48,765 bases of DNA from a virus (lineage: Duplodnaviria > Heunggongvirae > Uroviricota > Caudoviricetes), in the IMG/VR virus record IMGVR_UViG_2877982868_000002. One strand, given 5' to 3'. A model generated the notes under the pieces. That model made no database searches. It saw only the letters and a list, made by a program, of their open reading frames with translations, and had not been told where the DNA came from. The first letter of the stretch is position 1. Every line of letters begins with the position of its first letter. The translations under genes and the position numbers were made by a program. Below, one piece after another: positions 39,913-48,074 of the stretch.

Positions 39913-40342
39913 TATTGCTGTCGTCTGGGATCAGGGTTGCGGTTCCCTGCAACTGAACGGCGCAGATCTTCTGACGGATAACAGCCTGCTGACTGCGGTC
40001 ATTATTTCACTGTTTACGGACAGGCGGGCGCTGGATTCCGATGAAATCCCTGACGGCACCCGTGACCGTCGGGGATGGTGGGGAGACAGTTTCCGGGAGC
40101 GCCCCGTTGGCTCCCGTCTCTGGCTGTTAAGCCGTGAAAAGACGCTGTCCTCCGTGGTCAGCCGTGCACAGGCCTATGCTGATGAAGCGCTGGCGTGGCT
40201 GCATAAAAGCGGTGCTGCCACATCCGTGGTATGTCATGCCATGCGTGTGGGGCATGCTCGCCTTTCGCTTTCCGTGAAAATCACCCTGCCGGACGGAAGC
40301 AGACATCCGATGATTTTTTATGCTGATATGAAGGGGGAATGA
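39905..40342 (+). CDS. Baseplate protein, GPW/gp25-like
   Basis: ATG 39905 (MADIAVVWDQG...), 145 aa; track ORF starts upstream at 39692. Confidence 0.6.
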   Translation: MADIAVVWDQGCGSLQLNGADLLTDNSLLTAVIISLFTDRRALDSDEIPDGTRDRRGWWGDSFRERPVGSRLWLLSREKTLSSVVSRAQAYADEALAWLHKSGAATSVVCHAMRVGHARLSLSVKITLPDGSRHPMIFYADMKGE

Positions 40343-41424
40343 TGCCTTATCAGCCCTTACCACTGGCGCAACTGATCACACAGACACAACAGGATATCAG
40401 CCAGCGCCTGCCCGGTTCGCAGCCGGGCGTGAATGAAACCACCCTGAATGCCATTGCGTATGCACTGGCGGGTCTGTCAGCACAGGAGCATGAACATCTG
40501 GCCTGGATCTCCCGGCAGATAATTCCGACAGAAGCTGATGAAGCCGAACTCCTGAAACACTGCGCATTCTGGGGTGTCATCCGTAAACCGGCTTCCCGCG
40601 CTGACGGACCGGTACAACTGATGCTGACCACGGATGCAGGGATCACGGAAGGCGTACTCCTTCAGCGAAGCGATGGGGTTGTGTACCGCATCACCGGCTC
40701 TGCGACCGGAAAAGCCGGAACACTGAATGTTAATGTGGAGGCGGAAAGTGCGGGGCGCGCTGGAAATACCCCGACCGGAACCCGCCTGTCCTTTATCACG
40801 CCACAGGCGGGCATCAACCAGACAGCCACGGTCACCGGCACGGGACTCACCGGTGGTGCGGATGTGGAAACGGTGCCGGAGTTGCTGTCCAGGCTGGTAT
40901 TCCGGGTACAGAACCCGCCATCAGGGGGAACACAGTATGATTTTGAACGCTGGGCACGGGAAGTACCGGGCGTGACGCGGGCATGGTGTAAGCCTGAATG
41001 GCCTGAGGCGGGTAGTGTTGGTGTGACTTTTGTTCAGGATAATAACCCTGACATTTTCCCCGGAGAAGGTGATGTGAAGCGGGTGGCGGATTATATCCGC
41101 AGTCATGATGATCCGGCGACGGGCCAGCCCGTTGGTCAGCCACTTGGGCCGACAATCAGCGTGTTTAAGCTGACCAATAAGCCGGTGGCGTTTGAGATCA
41201 GGATTGTACCCAAAACGCCGGAAAATCAGGCTGCCGTAAAACAGGCATTAACAGACCTGCTTTATAACGAATCGCGGCCGGGTGGACTTGTATTGCCTTC
41301 ATCATTCTGGCGGGCTGTTGCAGGGGTGAAAGGACTGGAGGATTTTGAAGTTCGCAGCCCGCTGAAGTCCGTGATGGCCGGAGATACAGAGTTGCTGACC
41401 GTGGGGGAAATCACATGGCTGTAA
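40339..41424 (+). CDS. Baseplate J-like protein
   Basis: 361 aa; conserved position before gp48-like and tail fibre. Confidence 0.7.
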   Translation: MMPYQPLPLAQLITQTQQDISQRLPGSQPGVNETTLNAIAYALAGLSAQEHEHLAWISRQIIPTEADEAELLKHCAFWGVIRKPASRADGPVQLMLTTDAGITEGVLLQRSDGVVYRITGSATGKAGTLNVNVEAESAGRAGNTPTGTRLSFITPQAGINQTATVTGTGLTGGADVETVPELLSRLVFRVQNPPSGGTQYDFERWAREVPGVTRAWCKPEWPEAGSVGVTFVQDNNPDIFPGEGDVKRVADYIRSHDDPATGQPVGQPLGPTISVFKLTNKPVAFEIRIVPKTPENQAAVKQALTDLLYNESRPGGLVLPSSFWRAVAGVKGLEDFEVRSPLKSVMAGDTELLTVGEITWL

Positions 41425-41975
41425 TCCTGACCCCGCATCAGCGCGCCCTGTTGCAGTTGCTGCCTGACGGGCTGGCATGGGATAAGCGGCCGTCATCCGT
41501 TCTTGCGGCTTTGTGCCTGGGCCTCAGTCATTCCACGGAGCGTGTTTCCTGGACCGGTAACCAGATGCTGGCAGAACGTTTTCCTGATTCATCCCGTCTG
41601 CTGCTGGAAGACTGGGAGCGTTATCTGGGGTTACCGGAATGTGATATGACCGGCGCAACCATTCAGGAGCGTCAGCGTTATGCCGGGAATAAATACCGGA
41701 TGAAACCCTCTCTTAACCGTGAATTTTATATCCGGTTTGCGGCAGAGTTTGGTTATGAAATAGATATTCAGCCATCACCGGATTCACAGTGGGTCAGTAT
41801 TGTCACGATTAACAGTGAAACCGGCTACCGGAATATGAATGTGCTGGATGATATTCTCACGCCGCTGCGTATTTATGAAGGCGGTGCGCTGGAATGTATT
41901 CTGAACCGTTATAAGCCTGCATGGCAGACGTTTATTTACGTATATGCAAACAGTCACGAAGAGGAGAATATTTAA
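41415..41975 (+). CDS. Tail protein (Mu gp48-like)
   Basis: 186 aa; overlaps tail-fibre start (TAATG). Confidence 0.55.
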   Translation: MAVILTPHQRALLQLLPDGLAWDKRPSSVLAALCLGLSHSTERVSWTGNQMLAERFPDSSRLLLEDWERYLGLPECDMTGATIQERQRYAGNKYRMKPSLNREFYIRFAAEFGYEIDIQPSPDSQWVSIVTINSETGYRNMNVLDDILTPLRIYEGGALECILNRYKPAWQTFIYVYANSHEEENI

Positions 41976-42886
41976 TGTTCCATGTTGATAATAATTCCGG
42001 CGTGGCGAATATGCCTGCGCTGGCACCGGCGCAGAGTAATACCACCACCTGGTTTACCGAAGGTGACGGACAAAAAGGTATCAGCTGGATTGGTCAGGAC
42101 TGGCTGAATATTCTCCAGGCCGAACTGCTGAATATTCTGGCTGAAGCCAGTATTCAGCCGGATAAGGCGCAGTTAAACCAGCTTACGCTGTCCATTAAAG
42201 CCATTATCGCTGCGAATGCCTTTTCCCGGAAAAACAACCTGAAAGAAATTGCTGATGCCGGTGCGGAAGCCCAGCGTCTTGCCCGTGGTTATCTTGGTCT
42301 TGGGGCGCTTGCCACAAAAAACAGTCTTGGTCCCGGTGACGTTAATGCTCTGGCGAAGGATCAGAACCTTGCCGACCTGGAGAATGCGGGAACCGCCCGT
42401 AATAATCTGGATGTTTACAGCAAAAGCGAAGGTGATAACCGTTACCTGCGCAGGGAGCAGAACGGCGCAGACATTCCGGATAAAGGCGCTTTTATCGATA
42501 ACGTCGGTTTACGGGAAACGGTAAATAAGGCTGCTGATGCCCTGCCATCGGGTGGAACCGCCGTGGCAGCAAACAGACTCGCCACCCCAAGAAATATTAA
42601 TGGTGTTCCTTTTGACGGAACGCTGGATATCAACATCACGTCAGGAATGACGCAGTCAACCGCAGATGGCCGGTATGTACAGAATGTTCAGCTTGGAGCA
42701 CAGAGCTATCATTCACCCGGAGGCAATGAAATGTCATGGAATTACAGCGCACCTTCCGGTTGTATGCTTTCCGGAATTAACGTGCAGGAAACCGGCTCCC
42801 GGTCTGCGGACAATATCGGTGGGGTCTATTATCGCCCGGTTCAGATTTATATTAATAATGCCTGGAGAACGGTAAGTTCAGTGTAA
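41975..42886 (+). CDS. Tail fibre protein; C-terminal ~125 aa encoded inside invertible segment
   Basis: ATG 41975; C-terminal half shares ~50 aa near-identity with the minus-strand cassette, then diverges. Confidence 0.75.
   Translation: MFHVDNNSGVANMPALAPAQSNTTTWFTEGDGQKGISWIGQDWLNILQAELLNILAEASIQPDKAQLNQLTLSIKAIIAANAFSRKNNLKEIADAGAEAQRLARGYLGLGALATKNSLGPGDVNALAKDQNLADLENAGTARNNLDVYSKSEGDNRYLRREQNGADIPDKGAFIDNVGLRETVNKAADALPSGGTAVAANRLATPRNINGVPFDGTLDINITSGMTQSTADGRYVQNVQLGAQSYHSPGGNEMSWNYSAPSGCMLSGINVQETGSRSADNIGGVYYRPVQIYINNAWRTVSSV
42492..42517. repeat. gix-like invertase recombination site (left), inside tail-fibre gene
   Basis: TTATCGATAACG-TC-GGTTTACGGGAA; both half-sites resemble Gin/Hin half-site (TTATCCAAAACC / TTCCTGTAAACC). 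Confidence 0.6.
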
Positions 42887-43879
42887 ACCACAGAAAAGGG
42901 TGCTGAATGCACCCTCTGAATTATTCCGGTTTTTCCGGCCAGGGAATCGCCTGGTAATGCCCCTCACTGGCAATATCATTAAAGTGCATTTCTTTAAGCT
43001 GTCGGATATACGCCATCCAGCGCGTCAGCTGTAATTTATTTTCATCGCTAATCATGTCCAGTTTTAATTCCGTTTTCCAGTCATCCACAGTTTCGTTGGC
43101 TTCCTGGAGCAGCGATGAGCGGCGCTTTTCAGCAACCGTCTTCCAGTTTACCGGCACCTTTGATATCAGGCCATCAGAAAACTGCCAGTTACCGTCAATA
43201 TTCACACCTTCCGGCAGTTCGTCCACTTCAACAACAGTAAAACCTGCCGGATATAAAGCAGAGACATCTTCAGCAACAGAGCAGATAATACCCGTTACAG
43301 GCGAAATACAGAGTTTGTATTTCTTTGTGAAAAGCGGGATAGATTCATAAAAATCCCTTCCGTCCTCACTCTGGAAATACTGAACATCCTCACCATAGGG
43401 TTTGTGTTCCGGGTAATATCGTTTTACGTTAATAAGCTCCATTATTTCACCTTGTTTTTGTTGAAAAGACAAAATCATCATATATTTATTCAGATAATCT
43501 GTTTTTTGAACTACTGCACTTTTATGCGCTGGAAGCTGTTTTCCACGAACCATCTATCAGAAACTGAACAGGTCGATAATATGCGGTTACCGTTGCATTA
43601 CCATCACCAGCGACATCAAGCCCTGTAAGTACGCATCCGTCAGGAACCTCAAAAATATTATATTGCATTCCAATCGTTGACCTTGAACCTCTTCGAATGC
43701 TTTGAACATAACGTGAGTCAGCCACAGACTGCGTCATCCCCGATGTAATATTTATATCCTGCGTTCCGTCAAATGGGACACCATTAATATTTCTTGGAGT
43801 GGCGAGTTTATTCGCTGCAACAGCCGCTCCGTTCGATGGCAGGGCATTCGCGGCCCTGTTTACAGTATCCCGTAAACCG
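42505..43879. other. Gin-invertible host-range DNA segment (~1.4 kb)
   Basis: Bounded by inverted gix-like sites; carries plus-strand fibre tip, minus-strand alternative tip and minus-strand fibre-assembly gene; gin immediately adjacent. Confidence 0.6.
42921..43442 (-). CDS. Tail fibre assembly chaperone (Mu U/Tfa-like)
   Basis: ATG 43440-43442 (MELINVKRYYPEH...) with SD; C-terminus ...ISDENKLQLTRWMAY...PWPEKPE typical of Tfa family. Confidence 0.75.
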   Translation of the reverse strand: MELINVKRYYPEHKPYGEDVQYFQSEDGRDFYESIPLFTKKYKLCISPVTGIICSVAEDVSALYPAGFTVVEVDELPEGVNIDGNWQFSDGLISKVPVNWKTVAEKRRSSLLQEANETVDDWKTELKLDMISDENKLQLTRWMAYIRQLKEMHFNDIASEGHYQAIPWPEKPE

Positions 43880-43880
43880 A
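43522..43880 (-). CDS. Alternative tail-fibre C-terminal cassette (promoterless, no own start; expressed only after inversion)
   Basis: Minus-strand frame ...GLRDTVNRAANALPSNGAAVAANKLATPRNINGVPFDGTQDINITSGMTQS... parallels plus-strand fibre residues then diverges; stop at 43522. Confidence 0.55.
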
Positions 43881-43892
43881 GGTTTCAGGGAT
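43867..43892. repeat. gix-like invertase recombination site (right)
   Basis: ATCCCGTAAACC-GA-GGTTTCAGGGAT, imperfect palindrome, inverted relative to the left site. Confidence 0.6.
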
Positions 43893-43946
43893 GCCGTATA
43901 TCTGCTTTAAAAGGCCTTTCCACCTCTTTTTAAGGAAGGTAAATAC

Positions 43947-44507
43947 ATGCTGATTGGCTATATACGCGTATCAACAAATGACCAGAACACAGGTTTACAA
44001 AGAAATGCGCTGGAATGTGCAGGATGTGAGCAGATTTTTGAAGATAAAATGAGTGGTAAAACGACACAGCGGCCGGGACTGAAGCGGGCACTGAAGAAAC
44101 TAAAACCCGGTGACACACTGATGGTCTGGAAACTGGACAGGCTGGGGCGCAGTATGCGCCACCTTGTTGCGCTGACAGATGAATTACAGCAACAGGGGAT
44201 AAATTTTCGTAGTCTTACTGACAACATTGATACGTCAACCCCCATGGGGCGCTTCTTTTTTCACATAATGGGTGCGCTGGCAGAAATGGAGCGTGAATTA
44301 ATTGTCGAACGGACACGGGCTGGTCTTGCAGCTGCCCGTGAAAGGGGACGAACCGGCGGCAGACCCCGTCGTCTCACGCAGGAACAATACGAGCAGGTCG
44401 GGCGTTTACTGGCCGGGGGTGTCAGTCGAAGACAGGTGGCACTTATTTTTGATATCGGCCTTTCAACCCTTTATCGTTATTATCCTGCGAGCGTTTCGGA
44501 AAAATAA
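43947..44507 (+). CDS. gin: Serine DNA invertase (Gin/Hin/Pin/Cin family)
   Basis: 186 aa; MLIGYIRVSTNDQ catalytic Ser motif, resolvase core, C-terminal HTH; SD aaggaagg. Confidence 0.9.
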   Translation: MLIGYIRVSTNDQNTGLQRNALECAGCEQIFEDKMSGKTTQRPGLKRALKKLKPGDTLMVWKLDRLGRSMRHLVALTDELQQQGINFRSLTDNIDTSTPMGRFFFHIMGALAEMERELIVERTRAGLAAARERGRTGGRPRRLTQEQYEQVGRLLAGGVSRRQVALIFDIGLSTLYRYYPASVSEK

Positions 44508-44606
44508 GACGCTCTCTTTGTTGGGCCTTTACTGAATTAACGCAAAATGGCGTTTATCGGTCTGTGGATATGATAATTCAGTTTATTCAGGAACAGGCTG
44601 ATTATT

Positions 44607-46646
44607 ATGACGTCCAAATGGGTTCAACTATCATCAATGCCCGGAAACTTTACTGTTAAAGTTTCCGGTGGTACAGCGGCATTTCTTGAGGCTCCCTTTC
44701 CTCCGGCCGAAACAAAAGGAGGAATGACATTTGCTGACTGTCTCATCAGTTTTAATACACGGGATTGCCTGTGGGTAAGGCCAGTATCCGGTGATCCGAG
44801 TGTGGAAATTACCGGAGCGGGTATTGGTGCGGTCATTCCGTTAAGTGCTGATGTTGCCGGTACTGCTGAACCGTCAGACTGGGATAATGCTGAAACACAT
44901 ACCCGTCCGTCAGGAAATGAAACTGCTTCCAGCTCCCCTTCCTGGTATTACGTGGTGGTTCTTGCTGGTCAGTCAAACGGTATGGCTTACGGTGAAGGTC
45001 TGCCACTGCCGGAGACATATGACCGCCCCGAACCGCGTATTATGCAGTTAGCCCGTCGCAGTACAGTCACGCCGGGAGGTAAAGCCTGTCAGTATAACGA
45101 CATCATTCTGGCCGACCACTGTCTGCATGATGTGCAGGATATGAGTGGAAAAAATCACCCGAAAGCGGATGTGGCTAAAGGGCAATATGGCACCGTGGGT
45201 CAGGGGCTTCACATTGCCAAAAAACTGCTGCCGTTTATTCCGGCAGATGCGGGGATTCTGCTGGTTCCCTGCTGCCGTGGTGGTTCTGCATTCACGGCGG
45301 GTGCTGACGGCACGTACAGTGACAACACGGGTGCTTCAGAGGACTCAGCCCGCTGGGGTGTGGATAAGCCGCTGTATAAGGACTTAATCAGCCGGACAAA
45401 AGCGGCACTGGCGAAGAACCCGAAAAACCGCCTGCTTGCTGTGGTGTGGATGCAGGGCGAGTTTGATATTGATGCGAAGCCGACGGAGCATTCCGCGCTG
45501 TTTCTGGCGATGGTGGAAAAATTCCGCGCAGACCTGGCTGAACAGGCGGAACAGTGTACCGGTGGCAGTGCTGCTGGCGTTCCGTGGATTTGTGGCGATA
45601 CCACGTATTTCTGGAAACAGAAAAATGAACCGGCATACCAGGCAATCTATGGCGGCTACAAAAACAAAACAGATAAAAACATTCATTTCGTTCCATTAAT
45701 GACAGATGAAAATGACGCGAATGTACCCACCAACAATCCGGCAGAAGACCCGGATATTGAATCCATTGGTTATTACGGCTCAACGTGGCGTAACAGTGCC
45801 GCCACCTGGACATCTGCGGACCGGGCCAGCCATTTCAGTTCATGGGCACGTCGTGGGATTATTTCCGACCGTCTGGCCACGGCAGTTCTGACTCATGCGG
45901 GGCGAACCACAGTAAAAGCCGATGTTCCATCTTCTGAAACTGAAGCACCAGTGCCGTCACCTTCAGAAACTGAAGCAGTAACCACAACACTGCTGTCTTA
46001 TCGTGTCAGTGAGTCAGAAGGAAATCTGAAAGCCCAGGGCTGGGAGCCGGCTGGCGGTAAAGCTGAAATTATCAGTGATGCAGGAGGCACAGGTGGTAAG
46101 GCAATGAAACTGACCAAGGAAACAGGTAAATCATCTTGGTATCTGGATCATGATGCCGGTACTGGTGCTGAACTGCTGAAAAATGGTGGTTTAATCAGTT
46201 GTCGTTTTAAAGTACCTGGCGACCTGGTGGCAAACCAGTATGTCATGGGGCTTTACTGGCCGGTTTCCTCTCTGCCGCAGGGTGTCACCCTGACAGGGGA
46301 TGCAGGGAATAATCTGCTGGCATCGTTCTACATCCAGACAGACGCAAAAGACCTGAATGTGATGTACCACAATGCAAAAGTGGCAACAAATAACCAGAAA
46401 CTGGGAACCTTTGGTGCATTTGATAATGAATGGCATACGCTGGCCTTCCGTTTTGCAGGAAATAACAGCCTTCAGGTTATTCCGGTTATTGATGGTCAGG
46501 ATGGTGCCGCGTTTACCCTGACGCAGTCACCAGTAGGAACTTTCCCGGTGGACAAACTCCGCGTAACGGATATCACAAAAAATGCAACTTACCCGGTGCT
46601 GATTGACAGCATTGTGGTGGAAGTGAAAAAAGCGGTAACAGAATAA
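44607..46646 (+). CDS. Multidomain carbohydrate esterase, SGNH/SASA-like (candidate sialate O-acetylesterase, NanS-p-like) with C-terminal putative glycan-binding domain
   Basis: 679 aa; VVLAGQSNGMAYGEG motif typical of SASA/SGNH esterases; Ser/Thr/Pro linker with SETEA duplication; located in cargo position between gin and com. Confidence 0.55.
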   Translation: MTSKWVQLSSMPGNFTVKVSGGTAAFLEAPFPPAETKGGMTFADCLISFNTRDCLWVRPVSGDPSVEITGAGIGAVIPLSADVAGTAEPSDWDNAETHTRPSGNETASSSPSWYYVVVLAGQSNGMAYGEGLPLPETYDRPEPRIMQLARRSTVTPGGKACQYNDIILADHCLHDVQDMSGKNHPKADVAKGQYGTVGQGLHIAKKLLPFIPADAGILLVPCCRGGSAFTAGADGTYSDNTGASEDSARWGVDKPLYKDLISRTKAALAKNPKNRLLAVVWMQGEFDIDAKPTEHSALFLAMVEKFRADLAEQAEQCTGGSAAGVPWICGDTTYFWKQKNEPAYQAIYGGYKNKTDKNIHFVPLMTDENDANVPTNNPAEDPDIESIGYYGSTWRNSAATWTSADRASHFSSWARRGIISDRLATAVLTHAGRTTVKADVPSSETEAPVPSPSETEAVTTTLLSYRVSESEGNLKAQGWEPAGGKAEIISDAGGTGGKAMKLTKETGKSSWYLDHDAGTGAELLKNGGLISCRFKVPGDLVANQYVMGLYWPVSSLPQGVTLTGDAGNNLLASFYIQTDAKDLNVMYHNAKVATNNQKLGTFGAFDNEWHTLAFRFAGNNSLQVIPVIDGQDGAAFTLTQSPVGTFPVDKLRVTDITKNATYPVLIDSIVVEVKKAVTE

Positions 46647-46792
46647 AAAAATCCCGCCGGTCATGATATGGCTGGCGGGAGCTACCTAACCCATAAAGGA
46701 AAATAAAAATACTCCCGAAGGAGTGGTTATCAGTCGCTTCGATGTTTTTACCCGATAACGAATTATGTAGTCAATATCAAAGGTAAGGTTAT

Positions 46793-46975
46793 ATGACATT
46801 CGTTCATACAATGCTGCTTTATTTCTGCGCTGTGGTCAGTGCGTTATATCTGGTGAGCGGTGGTTATAAGGTCATCAGAAATTATATTCGCCGTAAAATT
46901 GATGATGCGGCAGCTGAAAAACTCAGTAAAACAGCACAGGCACCGTCATCCCCAAACGACCCGACCCCGCTCTGA
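46793..46975 (+). CDS. Small membrane protein
   Basis: 60 aa; SD aaggtaagg; TM helix MLLYFCAVVSALYLVSGG. Confidence 0.4.
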   Translation: MTFVHTMLLYFCAVVSALYLVSGGYKVIRNYIRRKIDDAAAEKLSKTAQAPSSPNDPTPL

Positions 46976-47010
46976 TAACGGGGCAATATACCTGCAAAAG
47001 GAGAATATTC

Positions 47011-47256
47011 ATGCCAGAGATTAAAGGCACGGTTACTGAAGAGCTTGTCAAACAGGCACTTTATTCTGAAGAAGTGAACCGCGTGCTGAAGGCGCAGGTT
47101 CGCAAGGATTTTGAGGCACAAATCGACGCATATGTTGATGAAGTGCTGGCCCGAATGGTTGGCCGTTCTCCGGCTGAAAACAGCACGGAAAATGATCCTC
47201 AACCCGTAGAGCAACCAGAGCCGGTTCAGCCCGGAACTGACGGTACTATGATGTAA
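47011..47256 (+). CDS. Small acidic hypothetical protein
   Basis: 81 aa; strong SD aaaggagaa; followed by hairpin terminator. Confidence 0.45.
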   Translation: MPEIKGTVTEELVKQALYSEEVNRVLKAQVRKDFEAQIDAYVDEVLARMVGRSPAENSTENDPQPVEQPEPVQPGTDGTMM

Positions 47257-47265
47257 CAATACCGA

Positions 47266-47285
47266 CCGGCAGGTTTCCCTGCCGG
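47266..47285 (+). terminator. Intrinsic terminator-like hairpin
   Basis: CCGGCAGG-tttc-CCTGCCGG perfect 8-bp stem immediately after stop of 47011-47256, followed by T-rich gtttgtt. Confidence 0.4.
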
Positions 47286-47574
47286 GTGAGTTTGTTAATG
47301 CACGTTTTGTGTATTTTCCCTCCTGGGAGAACAGGCAGGACATATCAGCATCCTGAAACAGGAAGCATTTTTGGGTTTGTATGTCTTGCCATTTTGAGAT
47401 CGAGAACGGCGATAGATGAGCTGTAAGGGAGTCTTACAGGCAGGGCAAACAGGCTCTTTCATCCATGATAAAGATCTCCTTTTTATGCATCTCTGCTTTA
47501 CAGGAGACCGGGGAATATCATAGGATACGCCACGAGCTCGAAGTAAAGCATTGATGCAAGTTTTTACAGATTGA

Positions 47575-47600
47575 CCCAGCATAGTTCCAGCTATGCTGGG
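47575..47600. terminator. Strong hairpin flanked by T-runs (possible bidirectional terminator/insulator upstream of com-mom)
   Basis: CCCAGCATAG-ttccag-CTATGCTGGG perfect 10-bp stem; TTTTT upstream and TTTCACTTTT downstream. Confidence 0.45.
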
Positions 47601-47652
47601 TTTCACTTTTATGTAGTATCCTGTTGATTTGAAACATACTACATATACGCGT

Positions 47653-47826
47653 GATCCTACCTTCACTGTATAAAAAGTCAATAAAATGATCATTTTATGA
47701 TCGTTTTCACCACCTAACTCTTCGTTTTCTTTAAGTAAATAATCACCTCCCTGAATCATTGTTGATGACTTTTCAATCTATTTGTTGTATCAATTAAACA
47801 AATCGAATCGATCGTTTTTGTCGATC
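47653..47826. promoter_or_regulatory. com-mom regulatory leader with clustered Dam (GATC) sites
   Basis: GATC at 47653, 47688, 47699 (three within 50 bp) and at 47810, 47823 (in CGATCG context), all upstream of com ATG. Confidence 0.4.
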
Positions 47827-47873
47827 GATTGCATGAGAAAGGCATCAACAACAAAGCAGGAGGTTATGCGGTC

Positions 47874-48074
47874 ATGTATCGAAACATACGGTGCCGACAC
47901 TGCAATAAGCTACTGGCACGGGCCAGTTTCAGTTATCTGGAAGTAAAATGTCCGCGCTGTAAAACCCTCAATCAAATCACATCTCCGAGCGCCACAGAGC
48001 ACCCCACATACACAAGGAAATCCTGTCGTGGGGAACAGAAAGCAAGTCACATCCCGAATCATCAGCACGCCTGA
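47874..48074 (+). CDS. com: Com translational activator of mom (zinc-finger)
   Basis: 66 aa from ATG 47874 with SD ggagg; [11 protein letters not shown]...CPRCKT Cys4 motif as in Mu Com; overlaps mom start. Confidence 0.75.
   Translation: MYRNIRCRHCNKLLARASFSYLEVKCPRCKTLNQITSPSATEHPTYTRKSCRGEQKASHIPNHQHA

Noticed and set aside
47295-47759. 154-aa minus-strand ORF with two CPAC motifs resembling a zinc ribbon
   Set aside because: The CPAC codons arise from a repeated DNA motif (CCTGCC), the ORF spans a perfect 10-bp hairpin with flanking T-runs and the Dam-site cluster, and it has no SD; more consistent with non-coding regulatory DNA upstream of com-mom.
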